DNA from: Octopus bimaculoides
Taxonomy: Eukaryota
Length of the DNA stretch: 36,413 nucleotides
Assembly: GCF_001194135.2 (NCBI RefSeq)
Contig: NC_068987.1
Span: 50,375,762-50,412,174 of the forward strand
Direction: 5' to 3'
Part shown: one piece after another, positions 23,262 to 34,639 of the stretch
Numbering within the stretch: position 1 is the stretch's first letter
How the letters are laid out: each line of letters starts with the position of its first letter
Notes under the pieces: model-generated
Database searches by the model: none
Seen by the model: the letters and a program-made list of their open reading frames with translations, nothing else
Told to the model about the DNA's origin: nothing
Position numbers and translations under genes: made by a program

Positions 23262-24192
23262 CACAGACCAGCAAAAAAAAATTTTTTTCTGTTCAAAAAT
23301 TTGGACCTGAACTAGGGTTTTTTTTGACATACAATCTGAAAATGACATCCAAGTTCTATCAATAGTCTGTCATCATAAGTAAGTCCCATCTGCCTTGATA
23401 TTCTTTCTTCCATTGATTTTATGTCCTGGCAGAAACATTCTGCCTGTTCAGCTCATCATTTGTGTTATCAAGATTTTCAGGGAATTTATCAAAGTGACTA
23501 TGGAGACAGTGAAACTTTATGCTCATCATATTTGCACCCAACTTTTGAAAGTTCTGCAGCATGCTGTCGAATATTTTGGCATAGTTAGCTGCTTTCTTGT
23601 TACCCAGAAAGTCATTTACAACTATTGCAAATGAATTCCATGCTGCTGCTTCAATGCAATTCATTGAATTTACGAAGTTCCCATCTTTCATCATTTTTCT
23701 TATTTCAAACCCATTAAATACTTCAGCTTTTATCTTTTCACTGTTCAAACTGGGAAATGTGCTGCAGATATTGTGAAAGTATGGTCCATCTTTATCGAAA
23801 GTTTTAACAAACTGCTTCATAATGCCAAGTTTCATATGGAATGAAGGTAGGATGATTTTTCCTGGTTGAACTAAAGGCTCTTCAACCTCATTAAAAGACC
23901 CTGGAACTGATGTTCGCTGCAGCTATTCTTTGATCACCTAACATTTTCCCCTGGCTCTGCCTTCCCCCATTCATTAAAAGTATGGATATTTGGTGTATCC
24001 ACTTTGTTGCCCCTGAAGAAAATTGACCATCTTAAAGTTCACACATATCACCCACTGATGATTAGTGGGTTTGGGTGTCTTGAAGTCTAAATGTGATTGT
24101 AAAAAATGGATTCCATTTTTGGATTCAATATTTAAAAAAAACCTTCAAATTACATAAAAATGTCCTATCAACAAAATACCTGTTGAGTTGTG
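23262..24192 (-). mobile_element. CMC-superfamily (Chapaev3-like) transposon deletion derivative carrying a transposase core fragment
   Basis: HQWVICVNFKMVNFLQGQQS, YTKYPYF, PLVQPGKIILPSFHMKLGIMKQFVK...EKIKAEVFNGFEIRKMMKD...AWNSF..VVNDFLGNKK..SIKFHCLHSHFDKFPENL. Weak CACA...TGTG termini with inverted subterminal motifs (AATCTGAAAATGACATCC / GGATTCCATTTTTGGATT). Confidence 0.75.
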
Positions 24193-24279
24193 TTATTATT
24201 AATTATTTGTATATCATACTACATGCTGCTGTCCATGAAATTCATTTTTGCTAATTAAACCTGAACTAAATAGCCTTAA

Positions 24280-24526
24280 ACCCTTTGATACTAACCCACT
24301 ATACTTTTTGTAACTTACCTTGTATTACCAACCCACCTTAAATTGCCCTTACTTCTATGATACAAACTTGCTGTTTTAAAGTGATCTAAATTAAAACTTT
24401 CCATAAAAATTCCAAGTTAATTTATATTCCAAACACCAGCTTAATTATGATGAGTTATTTTACTAAAGGTTTTGTTATTTTCGAAATTAATTGAAACAAA
24501 AGTGGTGCATTTCAATAGAAATAGGG
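24280..24526. mobile_element. piggyBac-type MITE
   Basis: TTAA-(A)CCCTTT...AGGG-TTAA; body similar to 19727-19932. Confidence 0.7.
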
Positions 24527-24759
24527 TTAAGCTATTGACTCTGATCTAAGGTATTCCAACCATGCCCATCCTGTTTTTTTTCCCCATGTACAGAAAACCT
24601 AGCACTAGATGATACAGAAAGAATATCACAAAATACAATGGAATTATATATGTGTGTGTAAATTGCAGATTGAAAGAGATTTTTCTTAGAGAAAGGAAAT
24701 CCCGTTTTAGCGAACACTTTTGTGCTAAAAAATTTATTAAAACAATAAACTTACTTAGA

Positions 24760-24900
24760 GAAGGCACATGGACTAGTTGTTAGGGTGTTGGACTCATGAT
24801 TGTAAGTTCATAATTTCAATTCCCAGACTAGGCAGTATGTTGTGTTTTTGAGCAGAACACTTCATTTCACATTGCTTCAGTCCACTCAGCTGAAAATGAG
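24760..24900 (+). mobile_element. Degenerate tRNA-type SINE head (third family)
   Basis: CACATGGACTAGTTGTTAGGGTGTTGGACTCATGATTG...TTGAGCAGAACACTTCATTTCAC. Confidence 0.55.
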
Positions 24901-24984
24901 CTGCAGCAGCAGCTTGTGAAGGACTGTCATCTTATTCAGAAGAGATGAAACCTAATGAATCTGTAGATTCACGATAGATCTAGT

Positions 24985-25130
24985 TACCTACTTATACCTG
25001 TTACTTGCTACTTTATTTTATCAACCTTGAAAGGATGAAGGCAAAGTTGACCACTGGGATTTCAAATCAGATCTTGAAAAGCCATTTCCAAAATGATGTA
25101 AGGCATTTTGTCCAACACTCTACTGATTAT
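24985..25130 (-). mobile_element. Old SINE family A fragment
   Basis: AAGGATGAAGGCAAAGTTGACC is the reverse complement of the family core. Confidence 0.6.
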
Positions 25131-26041
25131 GCTAAACAACAACAATAATTGTTATTATTTTAAAGTTCTCATGTAACTAGTGAGCATGGAAGCTGAAACA
25201 CATCTGATGTTCTCATGAGTCACTACTAGAATGATGTTTGTCTTGCTTTGACCTGTATATTGTTTTTAACACAGCATGTCTATGAAGAGATTTTATCCCT
25301 GCCAAAAACTGCAGACCCCCTTCTCCTATACTTTTATCCCTCATCTCTTAGTGTAAAGCTTTCCCCTCAGGGTTTGTAATCTTGCAAGCTGCATGGTGAC
25401 CTCACTAGTGTTAATGGAACAAAAACAGCATCCAGTACACACTTTGAAGTGGGTGGCATTAAGGAGGTCATCCTGCTGTTGAAACCATGCCAAAGCAGAT
25501 ATGGGAGTATGATACAGGCCTTGGGCCCATCAGATCCTGTCAAATTGTCCATCCCATATCACCGTGAAACATCATCATCATCATCGTTTAATGTCCGCTT
25601 TCCCCTAAATATGAACGTTAATTGACGATGATGATTCATTTCTTCTACATACTGCAACTGACAAAAATGTGACTGAAACATGGTTGATATTTCATTTGTA
25701 TCCTAATTTCCCTGTACTTTTTTGATATGATAAGGGCTTTTAATTGACATTTCATATATTATTGTTTTTTTTTATCGGGATAGTTTCAGCTGAAACAACA
25801 CTTGATACACTAAAGAACACTTAACATCATTTGAAGTAGCTTTCTAAAATAATTAAAACAACCTTTATTTATTTTTAGTAAATTATTGTCTATTGTTACT
25901 TAAATAGTCCATTTGTTCTTGTTAATAAGCATGTATATAGAATGTGCCAGTCACTGTTTCCTTAGTTGAAGAATCTCATTTATAACTCATTTAATATATA
26001 CATATATATGTGTGTATATGCACACACGTGCACTTACACAT

Positions 26042-26042
<1 letters not shown>

Positions 26043-26081
<39 letters not shown>
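26043..26081. repeat. (CA)n microsatellite
   Basis: Directly visible. Confidence 0.95.
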
Positions 26082-26083
<2 letters not shown>

Positions 26084-26893
26084 ATTAGGTAGCCAATAGA
26101 GTCTTTAAAGTACTAGTTAGATTGCTTTGCTCTGGTTCTCTGCATTCTGAGTTCAGTTCCATCTGAGGTCAACTTTACCTTTCATCCTTTCAGGATTGAT
26201 AAAATATCGGCTTGGTATTGATGCTGGTTCTTCTCTGTCTCTTTCTTTTTTTTTTGTCCTGTGGTTGTGATAAGACCTGGAGAGGGATGGGCTCTGTCAG
26301 GTCTAAAATGTCTTGAAGACATGCTGTAGGCTTATGATGATACTCTTATGCCTCCATCTAGGGGAGCCGAATTTTTAAGGTAAGGTATATTGTTACAGGT
26401 ATACCATCGATTTTCTGGTGTCTTTGGTTCCAAAGCCATCCCTGTCACTTAATCATAATTCATCAATACACCTCTAACCTACTGATTACTAATTATAGCA
26501 CACATCTTACTTACCAACATGCCATGGTCTTATTTTTTATAACAGTTCTACTTGTCTTGATTCTATATGAATTGTTGTTTACATTTGACATTACCACTTC
26601 TGCTCTCAGTTCTCTTACTTGTAGCAGCCATAGTTAAGAGCAACTTTAAGCTAAATAAATAGAGGAACTCTCAAAATTTTGGTATCGCCACTAACAAGTG
26701 CAGTGTAGATAATGTCTGTAAACACACTACACACAAAGCCACTTGTGGTCTTGCAGTGAACTAAACTGGTGGCCAGGGGAATTTCAAGTTCCCCTAATTG
26801 GTCTGAATTAAAGGAGGTGCCAGACCATCAGTTGCCAGAAAATTGGTGGTGTACCTGTATATACATGCATGCATGCATGCATACATACATACA

Positions 26894-27074
26894 TAAAAGC
26901 ACCCACTACACTCTCTGAGTGGTTGGCGTTAGGAAGGGCATCTAGCTGTAGAAACTCTGCCAAATCAGATTGGAGCCTGGTGTAGCCATCTAGTTTCACC
27001 AGTCCTCAGTCAAATCGTCCAACCCATGCTAGCATGGGAAGCGGACGTTAAACGATGATGATGATGATGATGAT
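26894..27074 (+). mobile_element. 3' terminus of an RTE-type LINE (or derived SINE) with a (GAT)n tail
   Basis: About 154/160 identical to the reverse complement of 36199-36358 (hand count); ends GGACGTTAAAC(GAT)n. Confidence 0.85.
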
Positions 27075-27679
27075 ACATACATACATACGTGTGTGTAAGA
27101 ATTAGTGTTGGTATAGAGATAATCTCCAAGAGTGTTAAACCTGTGACCTACTCTTGGTTTATGGTTGCAGCCATTTCATTTCTCTTTCACCTAACATCTT
27201 TAACACTCTCAAGGAAAGTTTGAGGATCTTACAATCTCATTTCTCTTTGGCTAGACATTAGGGACCCGTACCTACAATTTAAGAACACATTTTAAGAATC
27301 AATTGGAATAAGAGGTATAAACCAAACCCCTGTCAAACTGTTGTAAGTTGTTTCATAATAATTGAATTTTATTAAAAGGAATGTGAATATCTTTATGCGA
27401 ATGATTATAGTTGGTAGAATTGATTTTGTATATTTTTACTGTTGGAGGCCCTAGTTGAATGAAAAGTGAATTGCCAATTTGAGTTAAGCATTAAGTTCAA
27501 CAGTATCTTTTCTGCTAAAATTTCTGCCCTTTTACTGTTTTAGTTTGACTAGGTACATGATTGATTTTTTTTTTTACTCTAATTTGCCTACTTTGCAGTG
27601 GTAGTTAGTCTGCTTTATCATTTCTTGGTTATCTGCTTAGCTAAAATTGATTTCTTACACTGAAAGGTCATTGGATATG

Positions 27680-28850
27680 ATCTCTTGTTAACAAATTTAG
27701 GAGAAGTGTAGAGAATGGTAGGTGCCCCTGTTTGTCATTTGCATTGACCTAACCAAGGCATTGATCTGGTTAGCAGAGAAACTTCTTCTAGACATATGCC
27801 AGCTACTATAAGTGTAGAGGTTGACTGTCTCTTTCCACAACAACATTACGAGAACAGTGTAGTTCAGTAGCAACTTCTCCATGTCTCTTGACATATGCAG
27901 TAAAACCAAGCAAACGTGTTCTTTGGGGTTTTCTTGCTTCTGAAGCATGCTTTTGGTGCCGCAACAAAGGGAATTTATCTCGACATCAATTCTGATAGCA
28001 GGTGGGTTTCTAATCTTGCCTGTCCCAGATTGGAAACCAATATCTGCAAAAACCTTCATTAGAGACACCCTATTGCTAATGATGTAGCACATAGAACCGA
28101 CATTCAACAACCACTTCAGACACTGGTATATCATTTTCCCCTAACCTGCAAAGATTTTGGACTGACTGTCAGCTTGAAGACAGGACACTGAAAGTCTGTC
28201 ATTCATTACCCTCACCAGCTACGAACCAGACATTGTCTTCTAGTTCACCTATTTCAGACTAGCATCTTGGATACAGAAATCGATAAGAGAATTCAAAATA
28301 CAGCAACAACATTGCCTGTTCCACCAAACTAACAATTAAGACTAAGATGACAGTATGTATTGCACAGTAGGAGAGAAGAGTCAGCTCTTTCCATCTGAAT
28401 AGTGTCTGTCACATCTTGAGGATTTCATAGCAAGATAAAGTGAGTTGCTGGGTAAAAATATTGGGGTTACCACCTGTACTAGCTTCCTCAGGATGTACAC
28501 TGCTCATTTGGGGCCATGTCCATTGTGGATAGCTGCATCTTTAAATGGAATTGGAAAATGGATGGAGAACAACAAGCCATCTCTACCAGAGCTACAAATA
28601 TATCTGCAAGAGAGACATGAAGGTTCTTGACTGACATTAAGTGCTGAGAGACTCTTGTAGTTGACTGCATGAAGTAGAGAAGCACCACTAACACATCATG
28701 ATAGAGGCAATAGAAATGGACACTAGAGTAGTGAAGGGCCAAAGCATAAAAGCACTGGAATGTCGACATCTGAAAGCAGATGCAGGTGTGATGTATGTGA
28801 TGAACTGCCATTCTTGTTTAGGATGTCATTGCCACAAGAAATATTACCCT
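27680..28850 (+). mobile_element. RTE-BovB-like LINE, decayed RT to C-terminus
   Basis: Fragments read EKCRE..VPLFVICIDLTKA.DLVSRE, LKHAFGAATKGIYL, ACKDFGLTVSLK, TIKTKMTV, ILRIS*QDKV, CKRDMK and a terminal CHSCLG region, across frameshifts. Confidence 0.8.
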
Positions 28851-29239
28851 GTATGGATAGAGGTATATGGTGCTACAGATTAATGGAGGTTTTTCTATCA
28901 GTGGTAATGTAGTTGATTCAATGGATTGCTGTGCATGACTAGTAATTATTTCATTTACTTTGTATGTGAAAGAAAGAAAAATCTGACTTCAGTGGTATTT
29001 GAACTCAAAATGCAGAGGGATGAAACTAAGTATTCTAAGTTGGTAACATAGCTAAAGGAGAGACAAGCAAAGAGGTGGTCCACACAGGGCAATTTTTTTA
29101 ATGTTTTGTTTATTGTGTTGGACATGTAGAAAACTGAAGATGGTAGAGACTAGATGCACCTCAATGTTGTTGGGTTGGATGGTTCTTGCTCCTCCACATT
29201 TCTTGGCTGTCTCTTAGTATTGATTCTTTTTGTTTTGAT

Positions 29240-29570
29240 CAGTGTTTCTCAACCACTTTTTTCTTACGGACCCCCTTGATTCTTGTTTCACTCAGATTGA
29301 CCCTTGAAACCATTCAATGCTTAAAAAATCCTATTATATTGTTTTTAAATATTATTAGGAATTACTCTCTCTCTCTTTACTCTTTTACTTGTTTTAGTCA
29401 TTTGACTGCTGCCATGCTGGAGCACCGCCTTTATTCGAGCAAATCGACCCCAGGACTTATTCTTTGTAAGCCTAGCACTTATTCTATCGGTCTCTTTTGC
29501 CGAACCGCTAAGTTACGGGACATAAACACAGTTGTCAAGCGATGTTAGGGGGACAAACACAGACACACAA

Positions 29571-29611
<41 letters not shown>

Positions 29612-29869
29612 CATATATACGACGAGCTTCTTTCAGTTTCCGTCTACCAAATCCACTCACAAGGCTTTGGTCGGCCCGAGGCTATAGCAGAAGACACTTG
29701 CCCAAGGTGCTACGCAGTGGGACTGAACCCGGAACCGGAATTGTATAAAAAAATTATTAAAATATTTTGTGTATTGTAGAAGAATAACGAATTTATTGCC
29801 CATAAATTTTAACAACAAATTCTTATATGGACCCCCAAGGGTCATGTGGACCCCAATTGAGAACCATTG
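29240..29869. mobile_element. hAT (Charlie/Buster-type) MITE containing a nested SINE
   Basis: TIRs CAGTGTTTCTCAA and TTGAGAACCATTG; 8-bp TSD GTTTTGAT (29232-39) versus GTTTAGAT (29870-77). Confidence 0.85.
29364..29736 (-). mobile_element. SINE family B, 5'-truncated, nested in the hAT MITE
   Basis: Reverse complement of 22782-23183; flanked by the direct repeat GGAATT (29358-63 and 29737-42). Confidence 0.9.
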
Positions 29870-30447
29870 GTTTAGATAAAAAAGAAGTTTCTACAATTGA
29901 GGCCTGCTAGTCTATGAAACTAAACATAATACATTTAATAACTGATTATTAAAAGTAACTAGTTCACCACCACACAAGCTGGGTCAATAAAATAACAAAT
30001 TTACAAACTTGAAATTACGATAGAATAGTTCTTTTTCTGTGTTGCAATTATCTTCCTTAAATTGAATTACCTTAATACTTGTTTAAATTTCATTTTGGAC
30101 ACACAAAGTATAGTTGACTACATTTAATATTTTCAGCTAAAAGTTAAAAATTTAGGATTATGAAGAATTTAGTTCTGCTCCTAATTTTATATTAATTCTA
30201 TGTCGCATTGTTTAAATTAAGATATTGGTGCAAAGAGGCATGTTTAGAAGAAACTTTTAATAATGGTTTCTCATATTACAAGGTCATACATTTGCACTTG
30301 GTTGAATCTATATTGGTACATCCACCATCTGAGAGAACGCAGACAATATGGAACTTCCATTTAAATTCAGTTGCAGAAGGGAAAAAAAAAATTGATAAAT
30401 AAAATTAAAAAAAAACCCAAAAAACTGAAAAGCATTTACTCTGGGAA

Positions 30448-30525
30448 TTCGGTCGTATCACCGTGAAGTATTGGTTCTCGTCCGATCACCGAAGTTAAGC
30501 AACGTTGAGCCTTGTGATATTACTT
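30448..30525 (+). pseudogene. 3'-truncated 5S rRNA pseudogene (about the first 80 nt)
   Basis: GGTTCTCGTCCGATCACCGAAGTTAAGCAACGTTGAGCC matches the invertebrate 5S core including box A. It diverges after TACTT, so box C is missing. Confidence 0.85.
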
Positions 30526-31239
30526 CCACTCCAATGCGGTTCAATGAATAAAACGAGTAAAAGATATCTGTTACTTCCCCTGCTCCAAACAAAATGAAAA
30601 TACAACAAAATTATCAATTGTTTTATCATTTTTTTTTAATATGAAATGCCATGTATATGTAAGGGACTTAACTCATGTTTTTTATTTTAAAAATATTCTT
30701 ACTTGTCTCTCTTTGACATTATTTCTAAATACGAATTATGTGCGCNNNNNNNNNNNNNNNNNNNNNNNNNNNNNNNNNNNNNNNNNNNNNNNNNNNNNNN
30801 NNNNNNNNNNNNNNNNNNNNNNNNNNNNNNNNNNNNNNNNNNNNNNNNNNNNNNNNNNNNNNNNNNNNNNNNNNNNNNNNNNNNNNNNNNNNNNNNNNNN
30901 NNNNNNNNNNNNNNNNNNNNNNNNNNNNNNNNNNNNNNNNNNNNNNNNNNNNNNNNNNNNNNNNNNNNNNNNNNNNNNNNNNNNNNNNNNNNNNNNNNNN
31001 NNNNNNNNNNNNNNNNNNNNNNNNNNNNNNNNNNNNNNNNGTATGTTCCTCCCCACTCCTCTCTCTCTATACTATATATCTATTACATATATAGTATATA
31101 ATATTTATAAATAGAAATAATACATGTCTAAATCTCTCAGAGAGATTTATGCAGTAGTGATGCGATAAAGTAGTTGCATGCTGTCAACTTAATGTAACAA
31201 TCCCATGAAGGGAATAATACTACTGCTATTTAGCCCTAG

Positions 31240-31861
31240 GAAGCAGCATCGCTTCCTGTCGGCCTTGGCACATTTCCTATCGGCCTTGACACATTTTCTG
31301 TCGGCCTTGACACATTTCTTAGGTGGCAACCCTAATGAGATTGGATGTGGTAAGTTCACTTCTGCATATGCAGATGACGTCACCCTCATCGTGTCTAACG
31401 AAGCACAACTACCTTGTGTAGAAGATGCTCTCTGAGGATATGAAGCGGTGGCGGGAGCAAAGGTTAACAAGGACAAGTCCATTGGTTTGCACCTCGGCAC
31501 CTGGAGGAACAAGCTGATATCGTCCAGTGTCATTGGACACTGGACAGATGGTCCTGTTGAGTTGCTTCGAGTTTGGTTCGTTTCAGACTAACTACACGGC
31601 GAAAAATTGGAGCGAGGTATTGAACAAGGTGGAGGCCATAGTACGGCGATGTGGTCTGGAAGTTCTCTGACCTTGAAGGGTAGAGCGGAGGTGGTGCAGG
31701 TGTTTATAGCATCTGTAATCACCTATTGCCTGTCCATTGTGCCTTGCCCAGATCCTTGGCTAAGCAAGCTGGAAAGACTCCTATTCCGCTTTTTGTGAAG
31801 GGGAGGAAAGCCACTTGTGAGGCGCTCCTTGTGCTGCCAGAAACTGCTAAAGGGTGGTCTG
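31240..31861 (+). mobile_element. L1/Tx1-clade RT fragment (YADD to thumb), runs into a gap
   Basis: SAYADDVTLIVS, YEAVAGAKVNKDKSIGLHLGTW, LTLKGRAEVVQVFIASVITY, LERLLFRFL*RGGKPLVRRS.CCQ..LKGGL. Homologous to 11775-11870. Confidence 0.9.
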
Positions 31862-32086
31862 NNNNNNNNNNNNNNNNNNNNNNNNNNNNNNNNNNNNNNN
31901 NNNNNNNNNNNNNNNNNNNNNNNNNNNNNNNNNNNNNNNNNNNNNNNNNNNNNNNNNNNNNNNNNNNNNNNNNNNNNNNNNNNNNNNNNNNNNNNNNNNN
32001 NNNNNNNNNNNNNNNNNNAGCAAGCTACTTACCACATATATATTTATATATATATATATATGTATATTATATATATAATATATATG

Positions 32087-32127
<41 letters not shown>

Positions 32128-32130
<3 letters not shown>

Positions 32131-32350
32131 GATCTGGCATTGTTTCTACAGTTGGATGCCCTTCTTAACACCAACCACTCCGAGAGTGTAGTAGGTGCTT
32201 TTACGTGCCACCGGCACGAGGGCAAGTCAGGCGGCACTGACAACGGCCACGCTCAAATGGTGTTTTTTACGTGTACTTGGACAGGAGCCAGTCCAGTGGC
32301 ACTGGCAATGACCTCACTCGAATGTTTTTTGACGTGCCAGTAAGGCGACG
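32128..32350 (-). mobile_element. RTE-type 3' UTR fragment
   Basis: TTTCTACAGTTGGATGCCCTTC...GGTGCTTTTACGTGCCACC is shared with 36290-36413. Confidence 0.8.
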
Positions 32351-32742
32351 CTTTCTGAAGTTTATTGAATTTTTTAATCTCCAAATTCTCGCAAATTTAA
32401 ATATTCATTGCATTCACTGTAGAGTAGATTTTAAAGTTTAATAATAAATAATATCAATTCATTGCAGGCAACATTTTATGTTTCATTCTCAATCACCTCT
32501 ATTTTAATTAATGATAATGTAATAATAGCTATTACATAAATATATATATATATATATATATATATGCACCTATACATACAGGTGGATGTCGGTATGCACA
32601 TACCTGTACGTATATATGCATATACTCATTTACTTTTGTTTTTACATGATTGAACGCAGCGTCTCACAAAAATTGTAAGTAGTTCGTAAACTTATCCTCC
32701 GACGCTACTCTATCTCTTTCTCTTTCCTTTCTCCCCCCCCTC

Positions 32743-32845
32743 GTTCTTCCTCTGTACTACTACGTATCTCGCCTTACCCCTCTTGTTCTTCCTCTGTACT
32801 ACTACGTATCTCGCCTTACCCCTCTTGTTCTTCCTCTGTTACTAC
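32743..32845. repeat. 42-bp minisatellite (2.4 copies visible) running into a gap
   Basis: GTTCTTCCTCTGTACTACTACGTATCTCGCCTTACCCCTCTT at 32743 and 32785, partial copy at 32827, then N from 32846 to 33604. Confidence 0.9.
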
Positions 32846-33719
32846 NNNNNNNNNNNNNNNNNNNNNNNNNNNNNNNNNNNNNNNNNNNNNNNNNNNNNNN
32901 NNNNNNNNNNNNNNNNNNNNNNNNNNNNNNNNNNNNNNNNNNNNNNNNNNNNNNNNNNNNNNNNNNNNNNNNNNNNNNNNNNNNNNNNNNNNNNNNNNNN
33001 NNNNNNNNNNNNNNNNNNNNNNNNNNNNNNNNNNNNNNNNNNNNNNNNNNNNNNNNNNNNNNNNNNNNNNNNNNNNNNNNNNNNNNNNNNNNNNNNNNNN
33101 NNNNNNNNNNNNNNNNNNNNNNNNNNNNNNNNNNNNNNNNNNNNNNNNNNNNNNNNNNNNNNNNNNNNNNNNNNNNNNNNNNNNNNNNNNNNNNNNNNNN
33201 NNNNNNNNNNNNNNNNNNNNNNNNNNNNNNNNNNNNNNNNNNNNNNNNNNNNNNNNNNNNNNNNNNNNNNNNNNNNNNNNNNNNNNNNNNNNNNNNNNNN
33301 NNNNNNNNNNNNNNNNNNNNNNNNNNNNNNNNNNNNNNNNNNNNNNNNNNNNNNNNNNNNNNNNNNNNNNNNNNNNNNNNNNNNNNNNNNNNNNNNNNNN
33401 NNNNNNNNNNNNNNNNNNNNNNNNNNNNNNNNNNNNNNNNNNNNNNNNNNNNNNNNNNNNNNNNNNNNNNNNNNNNNNNNNNNNNNNNNNNNNNNNNNNN
33501 NNNNNNNNNNNNNNNNNNNNNNNNNNNNNNNNNNNNNNNNNNNNNNNNNNNNNNNNNNNNNNNNNNNNNNNNNNNNNNNNNNNNNNNNNNNNNNNNNNNN
33601 NNNNATATATATATATATACATGGCTGAAATGTCTGTCCACACCAGACATTGGCATGAAACTAGAATATTTCATGTCTGTTGTGCAAGCCATATGCCCAG
33701 AAATATGTACCAGATCACA

Positions 33720-34428
33720 ATGTCAAAACAAATAGGAACAAGATTCCAAGGGAGAGGAAGATCCTCATGAGATGACGGAAGAAGGTTGCAAATTGCCTCA
33801 ACCAAAATCTCGAGTAGCGAAAGGTCCTGCCTAAAAACAATGATGGAGATTGAAAACAGCCTGCAACAATTCTATGTGAGCGAAAGAGTAGAGAAAGAAG
33901 CCTGGGTTATAAAAAACATTAAGTCAAACCCAAAGGCCTTCTTTCATTATGCGAAAGAAACAGCATCTGTACGCTGCAAGATAGGACCCCTCTTTGAATA
34001 GGATGGCTCCCTCACAGGTAGTCCAACCAGGATCAGTGAGGTACTGAATGGCCAGTTCAAAAGTGTCTTTACCACCCTGTTGGAACACAGACAAGTGAAC
34101 GAACCAGTGGGCTTCTTTGCCGCCTCACTTATAACTAGCGAGGCAGTTACGATGGAATACATCGACATTAGAGAAGAAGATATACTACTAGCCATAGATG
34201 TGGTCAACACAAACTCAACTGCTGGTCCTGATGATTTCCCAGCAATCCTCTTCAAATCGTGTAAGCATGCCCTGGCAAAACTCCTCCAGATTGTCTTCCA
34301 GAGGTTTCTTGAAAATGGCAGTCTGCCAAGCAAGCTGAAGGAGGGAATAATATGTCCCATCCTTAAAGCGGGAAGTAGAGCAGATGCAAAAAAACTATAG
34401 GCCTATCTCTCTGACTTCAAACATCAGC
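33720..34428 (+). mobile_element. CR1/L2-group LINE fragment (linker and start of RT)
   Basis: IKNIKSNPKAFFHYAK, AGPDDFPAILFKSCKHALAK, IICPILKAGSRADAK, then a frameshift to NYRPISLTS; cut off by (TA)n. Confidence 0.85.
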
Positions 34429-34441
34429 ATATATTTGTATG

Positions 34442-34488
<47 letters not shown>

Positions 34489-34639
34489 GTACTTTTACAT
34501 GGCCACAGGCATGGGTGACATTTGCGTCACATCAGTATCTGCCATAACTGTCACTTGTCTTGATGGGTCTTCTTTTCAAGCATGGCATAATGCCAAAAGT
34601 CTAGGTGATTCATCATTTCCTCCATGAGGCACAACACTC

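Noticed and set aside
26230-26450. Possible I/Nimb-type LINE endonuclease remnant, or a plus-strand exon ending AAG|GTAAGG
   Set aside because: Similarity is limited to a few residues across frameshifts, and neither reading is supportable.
30448-31861. Link between the 5S fragment and the nearby Tx1 RT (5S-targeting Tx1 families such as Mutsu are known)
   Set aside because: They are ~700 bp apart with unrelated sequence and a gap between them, and there is no junction between 5S and element sequence.
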